Positions 35,401 to 45,002 of a stretch of DNA of 64,000 nucleotides are shown here, in pieces. Position numbers and translations under genes: made by a program. The notes beneath the pieces were generated by a model. The model made no database searches. It saw only the letters and a program-made list of their open reading frames with translations, and was not told the origin of the DNA. Positions within the stretch are counted from its first letter, which is position 1, and each line of letters opens with the position of its first letter. Source of the stretch: Octopus sinensis (taxonomy: Eukaryota); the NCBI RefSeq assembly GCF_006345805.1, contig NC_043000.1:151590001-151654000 (forward strand), written 5' to 3'.

Positions 35401-38400
35401 GATATCAACTTGCCCAAAATGGCTAATATTAAAGTGTTTATATCTAAATTAAAATCTTTAGTATATCATCACATTTGGCATTAGGAAGAGCATCCGGTCA
35501 TAGAAACCATGCCAAATCAGATTGGAATCTGGTGCAGCTCTCCAGCTTACATTAAAGCATTTAGTGCAGCATTGGAAACCTACCACTGCTATTATTTAAT
35601 AGTAAAACCATCTACAATTCTAAAAAAAAAAACTATTAAAAAAAAAACATTGTAACACTGGACAGACTACTGAGTAATATAATAATAGCTATTATTTGTA
35701 TAATTCCTATTGTACAACAAAAGAAAAAGGCTATAGCAAAAATATAAAATATTTTTCAAATTATTGTTTTAGAATTTAAATTTACCATAAATTCATAATA
35801 CAACATATAATATCAAAAAGAAAAATAAATTGAAGATTTAACCTAGAACGAAAAAAATAAAATATCTAAAATGCAACGTTAAACAAACAACTATTCTAAA
35901 AATAAAAAGAACACATTTTAAATAGACATTGTATGTGGGTAACTGAATAGAAGAGATCTAGTTTCAATTTCCATTTAAGCCACCTCACTTCACTAACACT
36001 GTACCTATGATCACCGATGTAAACCAATGATTGCCCTTCCTAACGCCACCCCTGTCATTGTATATGAATTTGAAATCTCTTGTGCTGAGTCATAATGGTG
36101 GTTATGAAACTTCTAAGCCTTCTCTCTCTCACACACACACACACAGAAACTCAACAACTAAACACACACAAATAATTATTTCTTTACTACCCACAAGCGG
36201 CCACACACAGAGGGGGACAAACAAGGACAGACAAACGGATTAAGTCGATTACATGGCTGGACACTCTTCCTTTCACCAAGCCTCACCCGCTTCCAAACAA
36301 GGTCATATTTCTCCCATGGCCAGACATGTTGTTTATGGAAGATTGGGAATGAAGAACACTACATGTATAATGGTGACACATGTTTACAACTATCAAAGAA
36401 GGTCAACACAAGGAGACACAAACACACACACACACACATACATAAACACACCCATAGGAATACACCCCCAATACCACCACACACATATATATATCATCAT
36501 CATCATCATTTAACGTCCGTTTTCCGCGCTAGCACGGGTTGGACGGTTCGACCGGGGTCTGGGAAGCCAGGGGCTGCACCAGGCCCCAGTCTGATCTGGC
36601 AGTGTTTCTACAGCTGGATGCACTTCCTAACGCCAACCACTCCGCGAGTGTAGTGGGTGCTTTTTACATGCCAGGGGAGTCAGGCATCGGTCACGATCGG
36701 TTGGTGCTTTTAACGTGCCACTGGCACGGAAGCCAGTCAAGGCAGCGCAGGCATCGGCCACATTTGGATGGTGCTTTTTATGTGCCACCGGCACAGAAGC
36801 CAGTCGAGGCGGCACTGGCATCACACATGCATGCACACACCCACATACACACACATAAATGATGGGCTTCTTTCAGTTTCCATCAACCAGATCCACTCAG
36901 GAAGCTTTGGTCAGCCTGAAGCTATAGCAGAAGATACTTTGTCAAGATGTCACGCAGAGGGCATGAACACAAAACGATGCGGTTGGGAAGCAAGCTATTT
37001 AACCACACTGCCATGCCAGCACCTGTTAACAAATGTTAAAATGCACAAAAATGAAACCAAATAAAATTTGTTAAATACATTTAAACCCCTTTAATCTCAA
37101 CCTGCCCAAGACAATAATTGCTTCTATGATACAAGCCTCCTATCTTAACCCTTTCATTACCAACCCGGCTGAAACTGACTCTGAGTACAAAAGTCTTGTT
37201 TTCATAAGTTTTGAATTAAAATCTTCCACCAAACTTTAGTCACAATTTATATTCTTAACCCTAGATGAATGATAACTAAGTTATTTTACTAAATTCTTTG
37301 TTATATTTAAAGTAATTGAAAGAAACACAGAGCATCTCAAAATAAATACAGTAACGAAAGGGTTAATGTGCTCTAAATTAAAATTTCCTATTAAGATTTC
37401 ATGTTAATTTGCATTCCTAATCTCAGCTTAATAGTGACAAAGTTATTTTATTACTATGTTCTTTATTATTTTTAAAATCAATTGAATGGAGATTTGTATT
37501 TCAATAGAGATATGGTAACAATGGGGTTAATGTCATAACTGTTAATCTATAAAGCATTTTGATTAATACCACAGCTCTGTGTTTCAGGGAACAGTTTATT
37601 CTGGAGTAACTTCTCAAAGATTTAATCGGAGCAGTTTCTCTTAATGAAGAATGAACTCTTTCAGTAGAGCGAACAAGAAACCTCTTTAAAAGTTGGCACC
37701 ACGAAATAATATTGGACAACTTACTTTTATACTAGAATCTGTAGAGGCCGATGCAATGAAGTCTCCGGTCGGATGAAAAGCAATACTTTTAATTCCAGAT
37801 CTGTGTCCATAAAACGTTTTTTGAACTGGAAATATCAACAAGTTTATAATGAAGACATATTACAAAGTGATGGTATGATAGCATCAGAAGAAATGTTTGG
37901 TGTGACAGAGTGTTTCACTTGTGCAACAGTTTAACTCGAACATTAACAGCAGCAGTCGTATTTGTTTTCTTTTTTGCTTTTTGATACATCTATAGCTATC
38001 ACCAAAAAGACGATGAAAGGCTGAGAATATAATTTGGCCTAAAATTGAGTGAATAGATGAGTTTTTGGGTAACTAGCATTTAAGTTAAAGGTTTATCTCA
38101 AGCTGTAGCTAGTTTTGAGTTTCTTGCCAAATAAATGCTTTATTATTATCATTATTATTACCAGCTCACCACATTAATCATCATCATCATTCAGCATCCG
38201 CTTTCCATGCTAGCATGGGTTGGACGGTTCAACTGGAGTCTGGGAAGCCAGAAGGCTGCATCAGGCCCAGTCCAAACACTGCCAGATCAGACTGGGCCTG
38301 GTGCAGCCTTACGGCTTCCCAGACCCCAGTTGAACCGTCCAACCCATGCTAGCATGGAAAGCGGACGCTAAATGATGATGATGATGATGATGATGATTAA

Positions 38401-38887
38401 GGTGGTGAACTGGTAGAACTGTTAGTCAAACCATTGCTTTAAGTGAAACACCAACGACAATAAATGAAGAAATAGCAAAGAGTTACCAAAAACATTTAAA
38501 TATTTGCTCTAATGTTTGTAAGTGATAGAAAACGTTACCTTTCAGTGTCTCTAGATCCCATACTTTAAATGTTCCAGATCGTGTTCCTGTAGCAACTTTT
38601 TCTTCAGAGTGGTCAAACCGAACAGCTTCAATGGGCGATACATGACCAAATAAGCTCTACGGATAAAAAGAGTCACACAAGAAAAGGTTGCATTTTGGGG
38701 GAAAAGTTTACAGATTAATTTTACAGTGATTAAATAAGTAATTATTGACCTACCATGATAGCTGTGTACCCATCTTTGCAAAGTGTCCAAAGATTGATTT
38801 TTCTGTCCTCACCTCCAGTAACCAACACCGATGATTTGTGCCCTAATGCAAGACAATTTATAGTCTGTGCATGTGCAGCAAATTCCG
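12372..38887 (-). CDS. KATNB1: Katanin p80 WD40-repeat regulatory subunit B1-like; 17 internal/terminal coding exons (six WD40 repeats, linker, C-terminal con80 domain)
   Basis: Exons 38887-38754, 38656-38539, 37825-37725, 33671-33630, 33027-32944, 26937-26822, 26454-26383, 23828-23678, 22413-22360, 19770-19715, 18566-18367, 16594-16527, 15152-15030, 14220-14144, 12970-12896, 12707-12591 and 12498-12372 join in one open frame via GT-AG introns. Motifs [53 protein letters not shown] and [10 protein letters not shown] match recalled KATNB1. Confidence 0.92.
12591..12707 (-). CDS. KATNB1: KATNB1 con80 exon ([39 protein letters not shown])
   Basis: Acceptor ttcattacag; donor gtacag; 117 nt, phase 2-2. 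Confidence 0.92.
12896..12970 (-). CDS. KATNB1: KATNB1 con80 exon ([24 protein letters not shown])
   Basis: Acceptor ttcatttcag; donor gtaaat; 75 nt; LW.LDLC motif. Confidence 0.9.
13696..13968 (+). mobile_element. CR1/L2-group LINE 3' end
   Basis: [31 protein letters not shown], then a 3' UTR and (att)n tail; homologous to 21937-22185(-). Confidence 0.75.
14144..14220 (-). CDS. KATNB1: KATNB1 con80 exon ([25 protein letters not shown])
   Basis: Acceptor ttgttttcag; donor gtaagt; 77 nt, phase 0-2. Confidence 0.88.
14309..14613. repeat. Long inverted repeat (138-bp arms, about 29-nt loop)
   Basis: 14309-14446 is the near-perfect reverse complement of 14476-14613; the + and - track ORFs share SGESRFLFV...FNSLD. 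Confidence 0.9.
15030..15152 (-). CDS. KATNB1: KATNB1 con80 exon ([41 protein letters not shown])
   Basis: Acceptor actgtacag; donor gtaggt; 123 nt; QIEKGH matches human QIRKGH. Confidence 0.9.
16200..16437 (-). mobile_element. CR1/L2-group LINE 3' end sharing its tail with SINE family A
   Basis: Decayed [33 protein letters not shown] followed by ggcggtgccccagcatggccacagctcgtgagctgaaac-(tgaaa)n. Confidence 0.65.
16527..16594 (-). CDS. KATNB1: KATNB1 linker exon ([22 protein letters not shown])
   Basis: Acceptor ttttatttttag; donor gtaagt; 68 nt, phase 1-0. Confidence 0.78.
17013..17375 (-). mobile_element. Helitron-like element with related ends but a different interior
   Basis: 3' end gcaacgccgggtcatagtgctagt; 5' end atctctacatatataaa. 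Confidence 0.6.
18367..18566 (-). CDS. KATNB1: KATNB1 linker exon ([26 protein letters not shown]...DQKCNN)
   Basis: Acceptor ctttttattctag; donor gtaagt; 200 nt open in phase 2-1. Confidence 0.8.
18739..19256. mobile_element. Tc1/mariner-pogo-type non-autonomous DNA element
   Basis: TA-flanked TIRs ccataaatcctcgagtata / tatactcgaggatttacgg. Confidence 0.7.
19378..19604. mobile_element. piggyBac-type MITE, same family as 7156-7382
   Basis: ttaaccctttag ... ctaaagggttaa. Confidence 0.8.
19715..19770 (-). CDS. KATNB1: KATNB1 exon ([18 protein letters not shown])
   Basis: Acceptor (t)n ccag; donor gtgaat; 56 nt, phase 0-2, which bridges the flanking exon phases. Confidence 0.75.
20494..20695 (+). 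mobile_element. Family B element
   Basis: Core and (gat)n tail. Confidence 0.8.
21177..21522 (-). mobile_element. Family B element
   Basis: Core and 3 VNTR units. Confidence 0.8.
21937..22185 (-). mobile_element. CR1/L2-group LINE 3' end flanked by a 51-bp direct duplication
   Basis: [18 protein letters not shown]; (tta)n tail. Confidence 0.75.
22360..22413 (-). CDS. KATNB1: KATNB1 exon ([18 protein letters not shown])
   Basis: Acceptor ctctttttcag; donor gtaaat; 54 nt; aligns without gaps to the recalled human IGVAFSQSNVSSYVVDLT (V..Y.V.L). Confidence 0.75.
23191..23598 (-). mobile_element. SINE family A
   Basis: Full-length copy. Confidence 0.85.
23678..23828 (-). CDS. KATNB1: KATNB1 exon WD6 ([50 protein letters not shown])
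   Basis: Acceptor ttttttttag; donor gtaagt; 151 nt, phase 2-0. Confidence 0.93.
23926..24238 (+). mobile_element. tRNA-headed SINE (head type 1, tail Y) with 11-bp TSD
   Basis: atctagcatgt at 23915-23925 and 24239-24249; the empty site is visible in the paralogous segment 24726-24822. Confidence 0.85.
25194..25440 (-). mobile_element. Family B element
   Basis: Core and VNTR units. Confidence 0.8.
26383..26454 (-). CDS. KATNB1: KATNB1 exon ([23 protein letters not shown])
   Basis: Acceptor tttttcttccag; donor gtaagt; 72 nt, phase 2-2. Confidence 0.92.
26822..26937 (-). CDS. KATNB1: KATNB1 exon WD5 ([38 protein letters not shown])
   Basis: Acceptor tttttactttcag; donor gtaagc; 116 nt, phase 0-2. 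Confidence 0.93.
27232..27450 (-). mobile_element. Deu/Nin-like tRNA SINE
   Basis: Same head (ggcggtgagctggcagaaacgttagcacgccggg) and domain as the pentamer unit. Confidence 0.8.
28130..28290 (+). mobile_element. Old CR1/L2/Jockey-group LINE C-terminal relic
   Basis: [18 protein letters not shown]...[14 protein letters not shown] resembles the Y..G.CS.EL...VPP...SF..R...WN.LP motif. Confidence 0.45.
29228..29645 (-). mobile_element. Head-to-tail dimer of Deu/Nin-like SINE
   Basis: Two copies joined at gaaatacctatttc near 29410. Confidence 0.8.
30274..30723. mobile_element. piggyBac-type MITE family 2 (30274-30558) plus partial tandem duplicate
   Basis: ccctttcgttac ... gtaacgaaagggttaa TIRs. 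Confidence 0.75.
31741..31953 (+). mobile_element. Deu/Nin-like SINE with 17-bp TSD
   Basis: aggtatttactcttgac at 31724-31740 and 31954-31970. Confidence 0.85.
32182..32420 (-). mobile_element. Deu/Nin-like SINE
   Basis: Full-length copy of the same family. Confidence 0.8.
32525..32911 (+). mobile_element. SINE family A, ending about 30 bp from a KATNB1 donor site
   Basis: Full-length copy. Confidence 0.85.
32944..33027 (-). CDS. KATNB1: KATNB1 exon WD4 ([28 protein letters not shown])
   Basis: Acceptor gatttctttcag; donor gtaagt; 84 nt; inside track ORF 32878-33087. Confidence 0.93.
33630..33671 (-). CDS. KATNB1: KATNB1 short exon ([14 protein letters not shown])
   Basis: Acceptor ttttctttccag; donor gtaact; 42 nt; resembles human LWDIRRKGCVFRYR. 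Confidence 0.9.
34282..35120 (+). mobile_element. Two consecutive family B elements (34282-34690, 34765-35120)
   Basis: Each has VNTR units, core and (gat)n tail. Confidence 0.8.
36494..36823 (-). mobile_element. Family B element
   Basis: Core and VNTR units. Confidence 0.8.
37145..37366. mobile_element. piggyBac-type MITE family 2
   Basis: ttaaccctttcattac ... gtaacgaaagggttaa. Confidence 0.8.
37725..37825 (-). CDS. KATNB1: KATNB1 exon WD3 ([33 protein letters not shown])
   Basis: Acceptor gatatttccag; donor gtaagt; 101 nt, phase 1-0. Confidence 0.92.
38159..38415. repeat. Fold-back inverted duplication of a SINE 3' end (about 120-bp arms)
   Basis: taccagctcacc-(cat)n-ccgctttccatgctagcatgggttggacggttcaac... 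is mirrored by ...gttgaaccgtccaacccatgctagcatggaaagcgg-(gat)n-ggtggtgaactggta. Confidence 0.9.
38539..38656 (-). CDS. KATNB1: KATNB1 exon WD2 ([39 protein letters not shown])
   Basis: Acceptor tttttatccgtag; donor gtaacg; 118 nt, phase 0-1. Confidence 0.92.
38754..38887 (-). CDS. KATNB1: KATNB1 exon WD1 ([44 protein letters not shown])
   Basis: Acceptor ctctttttaaag; donor gtaggt; 134 nt, phase 1-0. Confidence 0.92.
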
Positions 38888-38988
38888 CTTTAAAAAGAGA
38901 AAAATAGAAAATTGGAAAATGGAATTTTCATTATTTTTATAATTTTGACTAAAACTAAGAAATATTGTGACAGAACATTTATGTTTGA

Positions 38989-39275
38989 ACTAGCAGTATC
39001 GCCCGGCGTTGCTCGGGTTTGTAAGGGAAATAACTATATAAGCATTTTTAGAGAGTTATAGCCAAAAATGCATTAAAAATGGAAAACAAATGATGGTAAA
39101 TTTTTTTTTAAATCATAGACTCATCGTAGATTCGCGCTAATACCCAGAAGGGCTCGATATGAATCACGACTATAAGATACCGGGTTTTGGTTAAACTGCA
39201 CCGCAAAATGTGGGAGTAGTTAGGAATCTAAATCGTAGGAGACAGACACACAACTTCTCTTTTATATATAAAGAT
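38989..39275 (-). mobile_element. Non-autonomous Helitron-like element
   Basis: 5' a-tctttatatataaaag, 3' gcaacgccgggcgatactgctag-t (subterminal hairpin plus CTAG); homologous to 45003-45398. Confidence 0.7.
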
Positions 39276-39984
39276 ATGGAAAACTAGATGCAAGTGTAAC
39301 CAGTGTAAAAAAGATTGTTGGTTGTATGACAATAAATGGATGGTTCTAAATTATTCAATGATAAAAATTCACTTATTTGATCAACTAAATTACCTGCTCC
39401 TGAATTAATGTATAGGAGGTTGAAGATTCCACAGACACATGTGCCCTTAATATAATTCCCAGGTGGAACCAGCAAAACAGTGTATGAGTGGCAAGGTTCT
39501 ACTTTGCAATTACAAGTACAATCCATCCAATGGGTTCCATACAATTTCTGTCAACCCAATTTCACTCACAGCAGATAGTTTGACCCAATGCCACAGAGTG
39601 GAATCAAACCCAAAATCTCGAGGTTGCAAAGTGAACTTCTTAACTATTCAGCCATACAGCACCTTCAACAACAATATCAGTGATGTTAATACTGAATAAC
39701 ACTCAAATCAAGATGATTATTCAATCTACAAGAAATGCAGCCAAATCTTCCTCAAATCACACCCTACCATCTCGATAAACAATGGAGTCCTTGGTAGCCG
39801 ATGCCAGAGCCACCTGACTGGCTCCCTGTGCCAGTGGCATGTAAAAGCACCAGCTGAATGTGGTCGATGCCAGCCCCCTCTCCCTGACTGGCTCCTGTGC
39901 CAGTGGCACGTAAAAAGTACCATCTGAACATGGCCGATGCCAGTGCCACCTTACTGGCTCCGATGCCGATGGCATCTGGGAAGC

Positions 39985-40410
39985 TGTCATGTTGATACAT
40001 AGGAAGAAAGTGAGAAGTTAATACTATGTAATCATTGTAAGTAATAGATGAAACAAAAAAAAAAAAGTGGTGCAGTGAGATCTCTGGAAGGTTAACACTG
40101 AAGCTCAATATCAGCTGTGATAAATGGAAGAATAGCTAGCAGTGTGGGCAGCCATGAGATCAAATGTAATGTGTAAGAGAGAAAACTATGCTGAAACGGC
40201 AAGTGACACATATGGAAGATGACGGTTATATAAAGTGCAGGACGCTCAAAGTGAATGGAAATAGTGAAAGTAGGAGACCCAGGAAGATGTAGGAAAATGT
40301 GGTTAAGTTTGATCTCAGATTGTTGAGCCTCGTGGAGATGACAATAGACCATAGAGATTGGTGTTCTGTAGTGATGGAGAAGACCTGCACTCCAATACAA
40401 GAATGACGAA
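39985..40410 (+). mobile_element. RTE-clade LINE 3' fragment (older)
   Basis: Similar to 56960-57220 (tgtaatgtg.aagagag..., ggagacccaggaagat, gatctcagattgttgagcctc). Confidence 0.55.
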
Positions 40411-40577
40411 ATGAACATTAAACTGGTAGAAGTGACTGAGGTTGAATATGGACGCATGTGTATGTGTGGGTGAGAGTGTTGTGTACGCATGTGTGTGTAA
40501 TGTGTGTGAAGCACATCTAAACCTCTCATTTAATATATCCCTGTCAAATCTACACCTGCTGCTTCCCTGCCTTTTAA

Positions 40578-41681
40578 TACCTATTTCTTTACTACCCACA
40601 AGGGGCTAAACATAGAGGAGACAAACAAGGACAGACATAGGTATTAAGCCGATTACATCGACCCCAGTGCGTAACTGGTACTTAATTTATCAACCCCGAA
40701 AGGATGAAAGGCAAAGTCGACCTCGGCGGAATTTGAACTCACAACGTAACGGCAGACGAAATACCGCTAAGCATTTCGCCCGGCGTGCTAACGTTTCTTA
40801 TTTCTTTATTACCCACAAGAGGCTAAACATAGAGGGGACAAACAAGGACAGACATAGGTATCAAGCCAATTACATCGACCCCAGTGCGTAACTGGTACTT
40901 AATTTATCAACCCCGAAAGGATGAAAGGCAAAGTCGACCTCGGCGGAATTTGAACTCACAACGTAACGGCAGACAAAATACCGCTAAGCATTTCGCCCGG
41001 CGTGCTAAAGTTTCTTATTTCTTTATTACCCACAAGAGGCTAAACATAGAGGGGACAAACAAGGACAGACATAGGTATCAAGCCAATTACATCGACCCCA
41101 GTGCGTAACTGGTACTTAATTTATCAACCCCGAAAGGATGAAAGGCAAAGTCGACCTCGGGGAATTTGAACTCACAACATAACAGCAGACGAAATACCGC
41201 TAAGCATTTCGCCTGGCGTGCTAACGTTTCTTATTTCTTTATTACCCACAAGAGGCTAAACATAGAGGGGACAAACAAGGACAGACATAGGTATCAAGCC
41301 GATTACATCGACCCCAGTGCATAACTGGTACTTAATTTATCGACCCCGAAAGGATGAAAGGCAAAGTCGACCTCGGCGGAATTTGAACTCACAACATAAC
41401 GGCAGACAAAATACCGCTAAGCATTTCGCCCGGCGTGCTAACGTTTCTTATTTCTTTATTACCCACAAGAGGCTAAACATAGAGGGGACAAACAAGGACA
41501 GACATAGGTATCAAGCCGATTACATCGACCCCAGTGCATAACTGGTACTTAATTTATCAACCCCGAAAGGATGAAAGGCAAAGTCGACCTCGGCGGAATT
41601 TGAACTCACAACGTAACGGCAGACAAAATACCGCTAAGCATTTCACCCGGCGTGCTAACGTTTCTGCCAGCTCGCCGCCTT
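40578..41681 (-). repeat. Five head-to-tail copies (217/216-bp period) of a Deu/Nin-domain-like tRNA SINE
   Basis: Junction tttcttatttc at 40794, 41011, 41227 and 41444; last unit ends near 41661. The unit carries gactttgcctttcatcctttcggggttgataaattaagtacca, resembling the Deu/Nin domain as I recall it. Confidence 0.9.
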
Positions 41682-42047
41682 ATAATACCGTTCTGCCTTT
41701 TAATACCATTCATCTTTCATTCTCTGTATTAAGCTAACAGTATGATGACAATGTATGGTTGAGAAGACCTTTTAATATGGTTGAGAAGACCTTTTAATCT
41801 TTCTAGCGTTGGTGGCATGATATAATGCACTTAGTACACATTAAAGCAGTTGGTGACAAGAAGGGTAACCAGTTATAAAATCCAAACTAAAAATGAAATA
41901 GTGGGATTGTGGGTCACTCACCCACCTAGGCAGTAACTCTGAATAAGGGCTGATTTGCACAAGGTCCAAACCAGGCCCAAACCAAAAAAAAGATGGATTG
42001 ATGTAGTTTAAAAGAACAGAAAAAAAAATGGTTGATACTTCAGACAT

Positions 42048-42241
42048 ACTCTTTTACTTGTTTCAGTCATTTGACTGCGGCCATGCTGGAGCACCGCCTT
42101 TAATCGAGCAACTCAACTCCGGGACTTATTCTTTGTAAGCCCAGTACTTATTCTATCGGTCTCTTTTTGCCGAACCGCTAAGTGACGGGGACGTAAACAC
42201 ATCAGCATCGGTTGTCAAGCAATGCTAGGGGGACAAACACA

Positions 42242-42321
<80 letters not shown>

Positions 42322-42487
42322 TACGACAGGCTTCTTTCAGTTTCCGTCTACCAAATCCACTCACAAGGCATTGGTCGGCCCGGGGCTATAGCAGAAGACA
42401 CTTGCCCAAGATGCCACGCAGTGGGACTGAACCCGGAACCATGTGGTTGGTTAGCAAGCTACTTACCACACAGCCACTCCTGCGCCT
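42048..42487 (-). mobile_element. SINE family A
   Basis: Full-length copy with expanded (CA)n(TA)n. Confidence 0.85.
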
Positions 42488-42645
42488 ATCTCATTACAAA
42501 TTTATCAATAATCAATAATTGATAAATAATTCAACCAGCAGCCACATCTTCATACGACATACAGAAATATTTCATTATGTTATCCAAAGACATGATCAGT
42601 AATAAAATATCTGAAACACCAGCTATTTGTTTTCTGCTAATTCTT

Positions 42646-43196
42646 TTAACCCTTTCGTTACCAACCCGGCTGAAACCGGCTCTGGCTCTTTAGTACAAAT
42701 GTCTTGTTTTCATAAATTTTGAATTAAAATCTTCCATCAAACCTTACTCACAATTTATGTTCCTAACACTAGCTGAATGATAACGATGTTATTTTACTAA
42801 ATTCTTTTTTTATATTTAAAATAATTGGAAGAAACACAGAGCATCCCAAAATAAAAAAAAAAAAAGACTCCGCCGGTTACGACGACGAGGGTCCCAGCTG
42901 ATACGATCAACGGAACAGCTTGCTTGTGAAATTCCACAGACACGTGTACCCTTAACGTAGTTCTCGGGGATAATCAGCGTGACACAGAGAGTGACAAGGC
43001 TGACCCTTTGAAATACAAGTACAACTCATTTTTGCCAGCTGAGTGGACTGGAGCAACGTGAAATAAAGTGTCTTGCTCAAGGACACAACGCGTCGCCGGG
43101 AATCAAACTCACAACCTTACGATCATGAGCCGAATGCCCTAACCACTAAGCCACGCGCCCTCACTCCCAAAATAAATACAGTAAGGAAAGGGTTAA
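42646..43196. mobile_element. piggyBac-type MITE family 2 interrupted by a SINE
   Basis: ttaaccctttcgttac ... gtaaggaaagggttaa. Confidence 0.8.
42856..43164 (-). mobile_element. tRNA/CORE-like SINE (head type 2, tail X) nested in a piggyBac-type MITE, 12-bp TSD
   Basis: tcccaaaataaa at 42844-42855 and 43165-43176; 3' part homologous to 3590-3768. Confidence 0.8.
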
Positions 43197-43448
43197 ACCA
43201 TATGTGGCACTCCTTACTCCTTCATAGCCCTGATCTATATTGATGCTCCACTGATAGCATAATATTCCTGTGGGAGTTAATGTAGCAGGAATTTGAGCCC
43301 CCAATCTTCTATGATAATTTGCCATGTATTCAGCACATCACCATCAGAGTGAGTGAGTGAATGAGTGAGTGAGAGAGAGAGAGAGGAGAGTATTAATTGT
43401 TGGTAAGAACGCAGCATATTATGATTTTGCACCCATAATATACACCCA

Positions 43449-43805
43449 GGCTGTGTGGTAAGTAGCTTGCTAACCAACCACATGGTTCCGGGTTCAGTCC
43501 CACTGCGTGGCATCTTGGGCAAGTGTCTTTGGTAGACGGAAACTGAAAGAAGCCTGTCGTATATATGTATATATATATATGTATGTGTGTGTGTGTTTGT
43601 GTGTCTGTGTTTGTCCCCCTAGCATTGCTTGACAACCGATGCTGGTGTGTTTACGTCCCCGTTACTTAGTGGTTCGGCAAAAGAGACCAATAGAATAAGT
43701 ACTGGGCTTACAAAGAATAAGTCCCGGGGTTGATTTGCTCGACTAAAGGCGGTGCTCCAGCATGGCCGCAGTCAAATGACTGAAACAAGTAAAAGAGTAA
43801 AGAGA
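43449..43805 (+). mobile_element. SINE family A with internal deletion, flanked by a long direct duplication
   Basis: Flanks 43326-43448 and 43806-43909 are homologous. Confidence 0.85.
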
Positions 43806-44030
43806 GTATTCAGCACATCACCATCAGAGTGAGTGAGTGAGAGAGAGAGTGTATTAATTGTTGGTAAGAACGCAGCATATTATGATTTTGCAACCATAAT
43901 ATAAACCCAAGTACATTAAAAGTTACTCAATACTGTGTCCTACTTTTTGTGTTAACAATGTGATTCAATCACTTTTAGGTTATCTCTACAGATTTTCTAT
44001 TGAATTTAGAACCGGCATTGAAAGTTATGA

Positions 44031-44227
44031 TACTCTTTTACTTGTTTCAGTCATTTGACTGCGGCCATGCTGGAGCACCGCCTTTAGTCGGGCAAATCGA
44101 CCCTGGGACTTATTCTTAGTAAGCCCAGTACTTATTCTATCGGTCTCTTTTGCCGAACCGCTAAGTGACGGGGATGTAAACACACCAGCATCGGTTGTCA
44201 AGCAATGCTAGGGGGACAAACACACAC

Positions 44228-44258
<31 letters not shown>

Positions 44259-44398
44259 CATATATACGACAGGCTTCTTTCAGCTTCAGTCTACCAAATC
44301 CACTCACAAGGCATTGGTCGGCCCGAGATGCCACGCAGTGGGACTGAACCCAGAACCATGTGGCTGGTTAGCAAGCTACTTACCACACAGCCACTCCT
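44031..44398 (-). mobile_element. SINE family A
   Basis: Copy with a small internal deletion. Confidence 0.85.
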
Positions 44399-45002
44399 AT
44401 GTCTTTTTTTTATATAATATGTTTATGTAAACAACGTGATTAAAGATAGAAAAATTGGTTATGAGTGTATTTGTATATTTCAGTTTTTGCCCCTTCTTCA
44501 GCACCACATTCCCACCCATTAACTATCCATGAACACATGGCTTAAATATGCCCTAAGTTTAGCAATGTAACACTATTGGACAGACCAATTTACATATTGA
44601 ATACATTCCTGGCAACAGGTACATACATATTAATTGCTGGTAGGAACACTGTTGCGTGTGTGAGTGTGTGTGCGCGTGTGCATGGGAGTGCATGCGTGCA
44701 TGTGCGATTGTGTGTGTGTGACCCGGTCTAATACTGCATGATTATTGTAAACAAGAGTCACCATACAAGTGGTGTCATTTACCCCTAATCCTCTGTGGAA
44801 ATATGTTTAGCCATGGGGGAATACCACCTTGCTTAAAAATATGTGAGGGTTGGCATTAAAAAGGGCATTCTGCTGTAGAAAAATCTGCCTTGACAAATCC
44901 CATCTAACCCATGCAAGCATGGAAAAGTGGACATTAAAACAAAGACGATGATTATACATAGTTTTTAATTGGTTCTTAAACAAAAAAAAAGGTTTAGCTC
45001 AA

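Noticed and set aside
40667-41737. Repeated 74-aa ORFs ([21 protein letters not shown])
   Set aside because: Antisense translation of the tandem SINE units, not a gene cluster.
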